Source of the DNA: Phoronis australis
Taxonomy: Eukaryota; Animalia; Phoronida
Reading direction: 5' to 3'
Length of the DNA stretch: 64,000 bases
NCBI GenBank assembly: GCA_002633005.1
Contig: NMRA01000723.1
Span: forward strand, 1 to 64,000
Positions 52,501-64,000 of the stretch are shown piece by piece; position 1 is the first letter of the stretch, and each line of letters opens with the position of its first letter. Under the pieces are notes generated by a model that was not told the origin of the DNA, did no database searches, and was given only the letters and a program-made list of their open reading frames with translations. The position numbers were made by a program, and so were the translations under genes.

Positions 52501-55500
52501 AATTTCATTCAAGTCCATAAAGAAACTCTGAAGATGCAGAGGAAAACCTAAAAAAATTGCCACTAGGGGGCATTCGTCAGATTGGTCTGAAACTCGTCAT
52601 CATCTGTTGTCAGCTCCATAGAAACACATCCTGGCAACTATCACAAAATTCTTGCAAAGGGTTAAGGAGATACAGCAACGGGCGCAAAAAAATCCCCAGT
52701 AGGAGAGCCAGAGTAGTGAAACCGTCCAAAAATCATTGTCAGCTGTGGTCTCCTGTCGATTTTCATAATGATTCTTCAAACAGTTTAGCAGATAGAATGG
52801 TGGACCCAAAAAATGACTCGCAAATTTAAAAAAATACCCACTAGGTGGCGCAGAATCATCAAAGCCATTCGAAAATGAAAANTTTGGAGCTGACATTACT
52901 CTGCGAAAACTATTCAACAAGAGCAATGCGTAACGTTGAAATGCGTTCATGACAGCACTACACATGGTGCGGCTCTTTGAATGTTTTAGTGCCACAAAAA
53001 TGTCCATTAGATGACGCAGAATGCGTTAAACCAATCCAAATTGAGAAGGTGGTGTCGTCTCTGTAATACACAACTATTTGCCAAATTTCATGACAGCAAG
53101 CCAAGGAGCTCTTAAATGCAAAATGTAAAAAAACAATTAACACTAGGGGGCACAGCTATAGTCCAATTGGTCTGAAACTCATCGTCATCTGTTGCCATCT
53201 CTATAGGAGCCCATATGCTAAATTTTGCAAAGATCTTTCAAAGGGTTAAGGAGATACAGTGACTGTCGTAGATGTAAAAAAAAACAAAAATTGCCCCTAG
53301 GGAGCACCAAAATAGTTGAAACCAAAAACCAACGTCAGTCAGGGTTTTCGCATCAGGAACACAACTGTCAATTTTCATAATGACCCTTTAGGTAGTTTGG
53401 CAGACATCAAAAACATATGCACAAATGTTTAAATGGCCATCAGGTGGTGCAGAAAACATCTTACCTGTCCAAAAATGGGAAGACATTACAGTCTCCGTAA
53501 TAGAAACCTATTTGCTGAATTTCATGAAAATACATAATGAATTCCAGAGATGCAGAAGTAAGCACAAAAGAAAGCATTTTGCCCGTAGGGGGCAAAGTTG
53601 TATTTGGATCAGTCTGACACTTGTAACCGATTGCCGCCAGCTCCATAGGAATGTCCTTTAAATTTCACAAAGCTCCTTGAAAGGGTTAAGGAGATTTGGC
53701 TGCAGACGAAAAAAAAAAACAAAATCACCACTAGGGGGCAACACAGCAGTGAGACCTGTCCGAAAGTCAACGTTAGTTGTGGCCTTCTCATCAGGAGAAC
53801 ATCTGTAAATTTCCTTTAAGCGGTATGGCAGGTAGGAAGGCAAAAATAACAAAAATGGTGGAATGGCATCGTGGCTTCTCATTTTACCAAATTTCATTAA
53901 AGTCCATAAAGAAACTCTGAAGATACAGAGGAAAACCTAAAAAAAATTGCCACTAGGGGGCATTCGTCAGATTGGTCTGAAACTCGTCATCATCTGTTGT
54001 CAGCTCCATAGAAACACATTATGGCAACTATCACAAATTTCTTGCAAAGGGTTAAGGAGATACAGCAACGGGCGCAAAAAAATCCCCAGTAGGAGAGCCA
54101 GAGTAGTGAAACCGTCCAAAAATCATTGTCAGCTGTGGTCTCCTGTCGATTTTCATAATGATTCTTCAAACAGTTTAGCAGATAGAATGGTGGACCCAAA
54201 AAATGACTCGCAAATTTAAAAAAATACCCACTAGGTGGCGCAGAATCATCAAAGCCATTCGAAAATGAAAAAGTGCTGTTGTCTCCTTAACAAAAACCTA
54301 TTAGCTAAATTTCATGAACATCCATCCAAGAATTCCAAAGATACAGAGGAAACCGTAAAAAGTTAAAAATGCCATTTGGCGGCACAGCGTCATCCGTCAT
54401 CAGCTTCATAGGAACACATCTAACCAGTCTCATTGAGATCCCATGAGGGATTTAGGAGATACAGCTGCGGATGCCGGATGCCAGGATTCCCAGACAGAGA
54501 TGACGTCAATATGCACCCACATATAAATATGATGTAGAGCGCTCAGGAAAAGGATCTGCAATAATTTAGAGGAAAGAATGTCCTACTTGCCATTGAACGC
54601 AGTCAGTGCAACACAATCAGTGCAACACATGTCAGGTGAACAGCAAATAACACAGAAGAGTATATTTCCAAGATAACCAGGACGTGTATTTTTACTTCTA
54701 AACATCAAAAATGGTTGGTTTCCCCTTTAAACACTGTCAAATATGGTATGATATTTTACCCATTGTTCTGTGTTTCAATTATGTCCAAAATCTCGGTTTT
54801 TACCTCATCTAAATCCTATCAGCACATTTTTTATCACACTCATACCTTTTTGGCTGAGCCGGGCTGCATTCCACACAGTACTTCAAACTCATGAAAATTA
54901 AAGATCACGCAGGACTTCATGAGATACCTCCATGCATTACAACTGAAACGTGCAATCACACTAGCTGTTTCTGTGAGTGTCTTAGGTATAATCCTGCCCA
55001 GAGACAGTTTGACTGACTTAGTAATACATAAGTGTGATTATAATCTCCTTTCAATTAATACCTGGTACAGGTAATCACACCATGAACTTGACATATTCTT
55101 TTAAAGAAGATTTAGGTACGTACAGTTTCAAGTTTCACAATGTTGGGTCCCGTTCTCTCCTTTTCTTGATATTTTTCCACCTTCACTTGACACTTGTTAT
55201 ACTCCTGAAATACAAAATAATCGTTAGTAATAAAATACCAGCAAAATAGCAACTGGCATCATTACTTTACATTTTTTTTAAAAACTTTTCATTTACCTGT
55301 AAAAATTAAGCACCAGGTTTTATCAAATGGCTTCACATTTATAATTATCCGTCGAGTCTGCAGAGGGAGTTGGATACAATGTCAGGACAAACTGATCTCA
55401 TACTTCAAAGTAGCTTTGGCCACGATCCCACGTCACAAGTTAACTCTCATTTTTTGGTTTTATCTTAAACTCATGATCAATTTTTGTTAAGATATTTATT

Positions 55501-58500
55501 GTTCCCCATTGAGGGTTCTTCCAAACATTGGGCACGAGTGTCTTCAATGGGCTAAACGTACACTCATTTTAATACCTATTAGTAAGAATTGTAAAAGTCA
55601 CCCATAACCACACCAAACCTCTTGGAATATACACGCATTTCAATATGGAACTCAAAAAATGACCCATGTCAAAATCAGAATGGGTGAAACCAAAATCAGC
55701 AGAAACACCACCCATTTCAGTCGCAACAAGTTGCGCAACTTTTCCGTAGTTGATAATGTCGCTTATATCGAACGGATTCAACATCTAGCCACTGACCTGC
55801 AAACATTGCTCTCTTTTCTTAACTGCATTCTGAACACTTGGAAATATACTGCTAAATCTGAAATGTACCAAGCTCAGTGTAATTGATCAAGGAATCATTC
55901 ATAATTATCAACAGTTTCACTGGTGTGCAAAACACGGTTTAGGAAGGAGGGGGTCAAGACTTGGTGAAGTGTACAAGGCTTGGTGAAGTGTACAAGGCTT
56001 GGTGAAGTGTACAAGGCTTGGTGAAGTGTTATACTTTTGACAAAATTCAGTGCTTCATTTGTTGCTTTTCACACTGTTAAAATATGAAAGAACAACAAAC
56101 GTCTTTAATGTCCCTCAATTCCTTGATAGGAACATCCAGCTATAAGCACTTTCCTATTGGCTGACGTTTACACACAGTTTCATGCTCTGGATCGTTAATT
56201 TACCAATATTTGATTGCTTTTGACTTGTTAAGGTTTACAAGTTTTCACAAAGTTTTGAATTCTTTCCACAAACACGTTGAGGTAATTGGCAAGTGAATCA
56301 ACTGACAAAACTTTGCCTTTTAGCTATAACCAAAGTGAAGCATCGGGCATTTTTACCTTCAAACCTTGAGGCAAGTACAGACATAATGAGCATGCACAGA
56401 GTACATAACCAGTATAACTATTGTTGTCAGCCATGAGGCTTGTGGATTTTGCACCTTCTATTATTCATTGATGGTACAGTGCCTGGAGTGAATCTCATTC
56501 TCTTTCACATGTTAATCAATCCTGTTTCACCTATTCATGAAACTGCAGATTTTTGGGCCTCTCAAGTACACTCATAACACATATACGTCTTGAGGTGCTA
56601 AGCAATACAGATTTTGAACAATAATTGCACGTACAAGACACTTACTTTTTCATTGGTTCTATGACAGTCTTTTGATTGTTTGAGATCTGAAAGTAAATCA
56701 AGCAATGAAATCGAAGGGAAAATGAAAGGTATCACTACAATTAATAACTTATTTTTCAAGGCCTTACATTCATTATAAAGACCTCGAAATTCACAACATG
56801 GTGCAATGGAAATAACGTTTCTTCCAAAATACCGAACTTACTCAAATAGTCAGTGCTGGACCCTAATCCCCCAAATACCCCCATGACAGTACCCAGCTTT
56901 TTGATTTAAATCAATTCAGAACATTGAAAAAGGATCTTTTTCAGTTGCACCAACCAGTGAGTCTCAAGCTTCCCATTTGTTTTCCCGTGGTGATCTCACA
57001 ATATAAGATGGTAAAATTTCAACAATTAACCTTACAAATTTCTCTTGACAATTCAAATCTTATTTTCATAAATAAACACCAAAAATTGACGGTTTACCAA
57101 TTTCAAGCTCCGAAACACATAACTGCCATTTGATTATTTTAAAAAAAGTATGTATTCGCAACTGTTGCAATGCCAGAAGAGACCCTGAAATTTGAAAAAC
57201 AGGCAAGTTGCGTCATTAGTTTAGTCCAAAGTGGTGCATCATGCTGACCATTTCCTGCATATGCAAGTCCAGCCTTGATGCTGAATGACTCCAATCTTCT
57301 CCTGCCTGTCGTAGTGTGTCATGACTGGACAGACCCTGCGCCATCTTGACTTCACTTTTTGACAATGCTGTAATGCAGAAGAGGAAAGCACACAATGATC
57401 ACGATTTCTATTACCAAACTCACCCAGCTTATTGCTCAGGGCACTTAAATGGGATAATTGAAAAATCAGGGGATGGGCATTAAGCGGAGTATGGGCATGT
57501 ACCCGAACGATCAATCAGGTTGACACCCAGGGAGTTACACTGACATTGGACCTCAGATTGTAGATGATGCAGTAAAGGGTTTACCATTGCACAGTAGTCC
57601 CCAACCTAGGTTTTGATCAGGACCTATATTTAAACTTTCCTATTCAAACATTACGCAGACAATGAGCTGGCCATATGATGCTCTGTTATGCTGATATTGA
57701 AAAAGAACCTTTTTATGTCTCCTTCAGTGAATAGCAGGAGACTATGGTATTTTCCAGCCTGAATACGGCAGAGTTGAAGTTCTACTAAAACTGATCATTA
57801 CTCAAAGTTAAGACAGTTGTGTACCAAGTTTTTAGAAGATACAATTGTGATAAGACGGACATCCACAGACACGGGCACTTTTAAGAAAACCTTGGCCGTA
57901 TATATTAAGGGTAGGAGGGTAAGCAGAGCATGAGCATTTAGAAGTGAAAATTTCTACAAGAGTGTGCAGTAAGCGGAGGATGGATGTTCACCCAGACTAG
58001 TATGGTAAAATGCCACAGTTGGTCAGGCCTGACCTAGACAAAGAGCCATATACTCGGTCCACTACCTTGAGTGAAATTTAACTAAGCTCTTAGTTACTAA
58101 CAAACAGAGAGTATTCAGTGAAGCATACCAGTTGAGCTAATTCATTCATTAAGACAGTAAAGGTTACATTTTATTGCTATCTTCATTAATAACGGAATCC
58201 CCTCTGGAAGGTGCCACTGTAATATCCATGGGTGTCATTGGCTAGAAAAGTATTGTGGCAGTTCGCAAGTTCAGAAATCAAAGTGAGACATTCCCCTCAC
58301 AACCTCATGAGGGACAATCCTCATGATTCATCTGGTGCAGATGTGAGTTAAGCTTCATTTGAGACAGACGGCTAAGTTTGTAACTCTTTGTCAGAGCCAA
58401 CCCTAAGAGAAACAAGGAGTGGCTAAATAAATTAGTAACAGTCACATTGTCAAAAATGGCATATTGTGGGAAGGGTCTTAATTGTCAAAAGCATGGATTG

Positions 58501-61500
58501 TGTCAGTCCTAACTTGTTTGATGACACAGAAGCTGAGAAAAAAACCCGCAAAATTCAGGAAAATACGGCTTCAGAAAGCAACAAGCCACTATTTATAAAC
58601 CTGTGAGCTGCCTGACCTGCGAATGATTCTGAGCATTTCTTCATATCTTTATAAAGCTTTTTGGTCGATTCATCTAACCTGTAAATAATCAAAGTGAATG
58701 ACAGAGTTAATCAGTGACAGACCACAGCACTACAACTTGTTGACTAACGCAAAATGTGCATAACATTGAAATAACCGCAATCTCATACTCCCAGCTGTGG
58801 TGACTTTGTCAATAAATTAAACTAAAAGGGACACGTCGGGTCTGTATCATGAGGAGTCAGTCATTTTGTCTAGTGTTCACATTTTGTAATTACTGAATGG
58901 AAGCTTTATCATGTTTCCGTTAGCATATCATAGTTTAGCTCTAACAACAATCTGATTAAACTGCAAGTAAGGCTATACTATGCAGGCTAGAGAAACTTTT
59001 AAGTGGCACCAAACAAAAGCTTTATTATTTTTAAATTTACACTATACCGTACTATCACACATGGTCTTGAGTAGTAAACTATGAATGAGTCCAATGTGAA
59101 ATCACCAGCCTGCATATAGGTGAACACTTAGGAAACAAAAATCTAAAAGCACTTACTGTTCTATCTTTTTTACTTCTTTGTCAAATTCCCTTTCAGTCTA
59201 GAAAACATAATTATACAAAAGAATTTAATTACATTTTCCCAAAAAAGTAAAATATGATACAAAGAATGTACCAAGCATAAACTACGAATGAAATAATGGG
59301 AAGGGATAACTTACATATTAAATTTATCGTGAATATTTGAAACTCAGTCATGGATTTTTGGAATATTTAAATGATGGCAACAAACACAAATGAAACTTGA
59401 ACATGTATTTTGTGCTTCCGCTTATCCACACTAGATTATTCAAACCACAAGCACTATAATCTTCAAACACCAAATTCCCAAATTTGAAAGAATCCACAAC
59501 ACAACAGTTTGAGACGTGTGTTTCTTACACATGTTTAAAAGCTTCTCAAGTGCTAACGGTATTTGTTCTTCGTTTAATTGGTAATGCTTTAACGTCACAT
59601 TAAATAAGCATGTTTTCAGCTTCATGACACACCTGTAGTTGTCAACTAGTATTTTGACCGGTTTTTGCTCTCCTATACAACTGTACTCATTGCACAGAAT
59701 GTACTTAAGTGTTTGAGACTACTTTAATATTACTTTTATAGTTTTGTATGGAACAGCATCACTTTGACTTTGTATATGGACAGTGAACTTGTTTGTTTGT
59801 GGTTACAATGTCCATTTTGTTTCATAACAAATGAAAAAATGTGGTTCTTTCACAACATTCTCTTAGTTTTGTTAGAAACTATAATGCAATATTCACTTCC
59901 TGTGAAGTGAGACAAATCAGTTTGGCGCAGGCACCAGTTTGGGCAGCCATGCGAAGTCACGGTTCCTAGTTGTCATTGCTTCTTCAGTATATCACCCATT
60001 TGCCGACTATGCCAAATGTAGTTAATTCCCAAGAGTATCCGACCTGACAATCGAAGCAGCGACTCCAATAAAACCATCAAGCGTGCTAACCATTCAGCTA
60101 ATAGGCAATTGCCTGTTAGCGAGTGGCTAAAAGAGACTTGTAATATTTTGTGTACTATCAAGATGAAGGCAAAAAAGACTTGTTTCTATATAGATATAAG
60201 TATCTATTAAATGAACTGAACAGTAAGATGTACAACTGAAACGTGACAGAGGCTACACAGCTACTAGGCAATGACCATCGCCTCTGTTGGCCCGAAGCAG
60301 AGGCGATGTAGAGGCTATAGGCGCTCTGTACGCCGGAAGCTTTTCGGCGAATTATGCCTCGCACCGACTAAACCATCAAAGTCACGTTGTTACAACTACC
60401 TTTTGCGCATAGAGGAACACCTTAGGAGGTTGTCGGTGTGTTTAATTCCTTCCAACTCGAACAAATACTCCCGTTATGAAACTTTTTCTTCGAGCAGTCC
60501 CTATTTCAGTTCCCAAAATCGTGAACTCAACTTTTTTATACTGCGCACGCTCCAATTCATGACCTCAATCTTTAAATAGGCCAAAGGTGAGCCATTGCGG
60601 TCTTGGCAGTCAAATGTTCGTTTCCAAAATGCCACCACTTATACTTGTCTTTAATTGGCGTTACTTGAAACTGATTGTATTTCAATGAATCATTGTTTGT
60701 ATTTGATAAAAACAAATGCTGTTGATATGACATTTAATAGTCTTTTTGCACATATTTGACATTTTAATGTTTAACAACACGGCAAATGCACGGCTGGTTC
60801 CCGGCAGCACGTACGCGAAGGGCGGGAACTTCAGCTTTCAAAGTTCGCCGGTAGGTCCGCAACTTCTGACCTTCGGCCTGGTTAAAAAAATGAAAAAGTT
60901 GAGTTCACGATTTTGGGAACTGAAATAGGGACTGCTCGAAGAAAAAGTTTCATAACGGGAGTATTTGTTCGAGTTGGAAGGAATTAAACACATCGACAAC
61001 CTCCTAAGGTGTTCCTCTATGCGCAAAAGGTATTTGTAACAACGTGACTTTGATGGTTTAGTCGGTGCGAGGCATAATTCGCCGAAAAGCTTCCGGCGTA
61101 CAGAGCGCCTATAGCCTCTACATCGCCTCTGCTTCGGGCCAACAGAGGCGATGGTCATTGCCTACACAGCTACTAGCATGCACTATAAACATAATGTTGG
61201 TGGCCAAGATTAATTAATATGGTTGCCATGATTAATTTCTCTGAAAGTCAGTCTAAACAAATACTGGAAGTGAACAATGAGCTCATCATGTTACAAGGCT
61301 CATATGATTCACCGAAAGCACAACTACAAGTACAACAACTGCAAGCCAGGTGTACTATACTTACAGTTTTAGTTATAACACTGCGTTTCGGCTGTGCAGA
61401 CAGTTTGCTGAAGGGGTTCCTGCAAAAAATCGATAAAAATCACAGCTCACTTCTGAAATGAAACAACATTGGCCGATGTCTCACTCCTACGGGCCCTGTG

Positions 61501-61879
61501 ACATACTACCATTCAGAATGGCAACCCTGACGTCGCCTGATGACCAAAGATGGAGCGGCATAAACATTCATGCCATCAACCATGAGCAACATTTGGCACT
61601 CGAGATTCAGAACTACTACAAACCCGATATACTCTAGCAGCACCTCCAACAATATGGAGGACCTTTTTAGTTTTTTACTGCAGTTTTTATAACTGTACTT
61701 TCAACTTTCGGGCCCTTGAAAGCTTGAATTCGTCATGCAAACGCACATAATTTTTTACAACAGAGAAACAACCAAAACCCGAATAGAGTAATAATCTTAA
61801 CACTTTAATTTAGGACTTGAAGGCATGCACCTTTCTTCAATCGCAAATTAATTACACTGATTCGTACTCACCAACTCAT
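49562..61879 (-). CDS. BIN3: Bridging integrator 3 (BAR-domain protein), 251 aa, 10 coding exons
   Basis: Exons (minus): 61872-61879 (ATGAGTTG|GTGAGT), 61365-61419, 59157-59197, 58617-58678, 57249-57367, 56646-56686, 55797-55857, 55124-55204, 51102-51236, 49562-49714; all GT-AG and phase-consistent, total 756 nt. Protein MSWNPFSKLSAQPKRSVITKTTEREFDKEVKKIEQLDESTKKLYKDMKK..QKTVIEPMKKFSSIFPSVQNAVKKREQ..KVEKYQEKERTGPN..DYFSP..IKSLSIVADD*, matching the BIN3 MSW start and LSIVADD end as recalled. AATAAA on minus at ~49301-49306. Confidence 0.95.
49863..49904. repeat. 13-bp tandem repeat x3
   Basis: GTCCAAAGGTATG repeated. Confidence 0.85.
51260..54550. repeat. Interspersed element with internal ~145-bp degenerate subrepeats in BIN3 intron 8; assembled twice around n at 52882
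   Basis: Subunits share AAATTTCA(T)..AAAGGGTTAA(G)GAGATACAG..AAAA..CCACTAGGGGGC; 51495-52881 is repeated at ~52890-54271; 3' end has GGATGCCGGATGCC. The layout resembles non-autonomous Helentron/Pearl-type satellite-carrying elements (inference). Confidence 0.7.
55960..56029. repeat. 19-bp tandem minisatellite (~3.7 copies) in BIN3 intron 6
   Basis: CTTGGTGAAGTGTACAAGG head-to-tail, no spacers. Confidence 0.9.
60265..61164. mobile_element. 900-bp non-autonomous long-TIR DNA transposon (Mutator/MULE-like MITE) in BIN3 intron 2
   Basis: ~275-bp near-identical terminal inverted repeats (TAGGCAATGACCATCGCCTCTGTTGG.. / ..CCAACAGAGGCGATGGTCATTGCCTA); flanking duplication CACAGCTAC (60256-60264, 61165-61173; 9 bp, or 11/13/15 bp depending on where the end is drawn); absent from the duplicate locus at ~63275. 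Superfamily assignment is inference. Confidence 0.88.
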
Positions 61880-62179
61880 GATGACTTCTGATCGAGTTGC
61901 GAGTTGAGGAAAACCCGGAAGTAAACATAAGAGGAAGTCTCTCGACAAGCCAAATTAGTGTTTCTGATCAAGAAAGGTTGTTGCTGTCTTCAGGAAATCA
62001 ATTTCATTTCTGTCTTTAAAATTGAAAAAAAATTATAATTATTTATTTTTCAATTGTGTTAATTAGCGACATGAATTATACAAAAACAAAACAAAACAAA
62101 GCAAGTTCCGATTAGTGAGTTTAAGAAATAAATTATGGGTTTCTCATGTTAATAGAAACATCCGGTCACTGGTGTGAAA
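61880..62179. promoter_or_regulatory. Bidirectional promoter region shared by BIN3 (-) and ADO (+)
   Basis: Start codons diverge 300 bp apart; ETS/GABP-type CCGGAAGT at ~61915-61922 plus a nearby GAGGAAGT. Function inferred from geometry only. Confidence 0.6.
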
Positions 62180-62905
62180 ATGACTTGTCTAATTCAAGCG
62201 GTGGCCAAACAGGCATCTTTGACTTTTAGGAAGTGCTTCAATGATCCAAAGTTCCCAGAAAATTTTGAAAAACTGCGTATCCTAGTTGGACGAATTACAG
62301 TTGATGATGTACACTTCAACAAGTCGCTTGTTAGTGACGAAAGTGTGTACAACCCACGAATCCAAAAGCAGGTTGCACCGGTCACGTACATTCATTTATA
62401 TGAGGATGATATCTACTCTATGGGTATATTTGTGTTAAAAAATGGAACCAGCCTGCCGTTACATGATCACCCGAATATGTTTGGTGTTTGTAAGTGTATC
62501 TATGGAAAACTCCACGTCAGAAGTTTCACAGAGCTGAAGCAGGATAGTTTAACAGAAAAACTCAGAAACGAATTGAAACTTAAGTCATGGCAAGAGGTCA
62601 ATTCTGTGCGCAAGGTATACGATGGTCTCAAGACTGTCACGGATTCTTCTTATTACCTATCACCAGATGAAGCTAATTTTCATGCCATTCGTGCTGTGGA
62701 TGGCCCTGCAGCATTTTTAGACATACTAGCGCCACCTTACGACCACAAGATCGAAAGTCGTGATTGTCATTATTTTCGTGAACTTACCCATGTTGATGGT
62801 ACGAATTCAGAATCAAAAGACATTCACTGGCTCCTCAAAATAACACAGCCTTATGAATTCTGGTGTGACTCAGCACCTTACGATGGACCCATTATTACTA
62901 GGTAG
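62180..62905 (+). CDS. ADO: 2-aminoethanethiol (cysteamine) dioxygenase / N-terminal cysteine dioxygenase, 241 aa, intronless CDS
   Basis: Single ORF (first ATG 62180; the ORF track starts at an upstream GTG) with cupin motifs PLHDHPNMFG, NFHAI (third His), AFLDILAPPYD and RDCHYF (Cys-x-Tyr), as in the ADO/plant cysteine oxidase family. Confidence 0.93.
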   Translation: MTCLIQAVAKQASLTFRKCFNDPKFPENFEKLRILVGRITVDDVHFNKSLVSDESVYNPRIQKQVAPVTYIHLYEDDIYSMGIFVLKNGTSLPLHDHPNMFGVCKCIYGKLHVRSFTELKQDSLTEKLRNELKLKSWQEVNSVRKVYDGLKTVTDSSYYLSPDEANFHAIRAVDGPAAFLDILAPPYDHKIESRDCHYFRELTHVDGTNSESKDIHWLLKITQPYEFWCDSAPYDGPIITR

Positions 62906-63163
62906 AATAAGCAATATTATACAGACACAGTTATTGCCAGGACAATGGAGGAAGTGCTGGCACAGATCCAGAGTGGGTTTCAGGTCTCCTCTGCATGGCT
63001 CTTTTTGTATTGCAATAGCTGAAGAATATAAAGTGCATTCTATGCTTGTCTGTCATCGAAACCCTGGATCAGGGCCTGAACGGTTATATTAAATGACTTT
63101 TGGTGCGTTTCACAGACCCGCCTTTGGCAAGCCAGAAGTTGATCTAAATGGCTGAACACTANG

Positions 63164-64000
63164 TGATATTTTGTGTACTATCAAGACGAAGGCAAAAAAG
63201 ACTTGTTTCTATATAGATATAAGTATCTATTAAATGAACTGAACAGTATGATGAACAAAGCGTGACTGAGGCTACACAGCAGCATGCACTATAAACATAA
63301 TGTTGGTGGCCAAGACTAATTAATGTGGTCGCCATGATTAATTAATCTGAAAGTCAGTCTAAACAAATACTGGAAGTGAACAATGAGCCCATCATATTAC
63401 AAGGCTCATATGATTCACCGAAAGCACAACTACAACAACTGCAAGCCAGGTGTACTATACTTACAGTTTTAGTTATAACACTGCGTTTCGGCTGTGCAGA
63501 CAGTTTGCTGAAGGGGTTCCTGCAAAAAATCGATAAAAATCACAGCTCACGTTTGAAATGAAACAACATTGGCCGATGTCTCACTCCTACGGGCCCTGTT
63601 ACATACTGCCATTCAGAGAATGGCAACCCTGACGTCGCTTGACGACCAAAGATGGAGCGGCATAAACATTCATGCCATCAACCATGAGCAACATTTGGCA
63701 CTCGAGATTCAGAACTACTACAAACCCGATATACTCTAGCAGCACCTCCAACAATATGGAGGACCTTTTTAGTTTTTTACTGCAGTTTTTATAACTGCAC
63801 TTTCAACTTTCGGGCCCTTGAATTCGTCATGCAAACGCACAGTTTTTTTACAACAGAGAAACAACCAAAACACGAATAGAGTAATAATCTTAACACTTTA
63901 AATTAGGACTTGAAGGCACGCACCTTTCTTCAATCGCAAATGAATTACACTGATTCGTACTCACCAACTCATGATGACTTCTGATCGAGTTGCGAGTTGA
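63164..64000 (-). other. Second copy of the BIN3 5' region (exons 1-2 and part of intron 2), probably the other haplotype
   Basis: Directly after a single n (63163) the sequence repeats ~60140-61907 with scattered SNPs/indels, including exon 2 (~63465-63519) and exon 1 (63965-63972), but lacks the 900-bp MITE. Confidence 0.8.

Noticed and set aside
51562-54219. Paired ORFs such as MPLGGIRQIG.. and MLIVFLHFAF..
   Set aside because: Chance frames in a repeat assembled twice inside BIN3 intron 8.
55960-56029. Direct repeats that might suggest a CRISPR array
   Set aside because: Head-to-tail 19-mers without unique spacers, in a eukaryotic intron, with no cas genes.
60271-61158. Two near-identical ~100-aa ORFs on opposite strands (MTIASVGPKQRR..)
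   Set aside because: They are the two TIRs of the MITE read inward; no recognisable domain.
61219-61461. Plus-strand ORF repeated at 63376-63561
   Set aside because: Antisense to BIN3 exon 2; the repetition reflects the duplicated locus.

Overview
AT-rich, intron-containing animal genomic DNA from a draft scaffold with N gaps and single-n contig joins; gene and transposon content suggests a marine invertebrate, probably lophotrochozoan (inference). Five protein-coding genes were reconstructed by hand from GT-AG splice sites: (1) a minus-strand secreted protein with five ShKT domains, Pro/Thr linkers and one C-terminal VWC domain (~14.5-28.4 kb; first exon uncertain); (2) a two-exon, 128-aa secreted coiled-coil orphan (35.2-36.8 kb); (3) a two-exon Shaw/Kv3-family K+ channel subunit with an intact TVGYG filter but a degenerate S4 and a PVP->PIA gate, the pattern seen in silent/regulatory subunits (40.9-44.3 kb); (4) ten-exon BIN3 (minus, 49.6-61.9 kb); (5) intronless ADO, head-to-head with BIN3. 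Most of the rest is transposon-derived: TTAA-flanked Kolobok-type elements, a Ginger-like end, an L1/Tx1 RT relic, MITEs (one present/absent between two copies of the same locus) and an intronic element carrying same-orientation CTCF-like motifs mostly 136-159 bp apart. Three duplications abutting single n's are probably uncollapsed haplotype overlaps. No CRISPR array, rRNA or convincing tRNA gene was found. All family assignments come from motif recognition; no searches were run.
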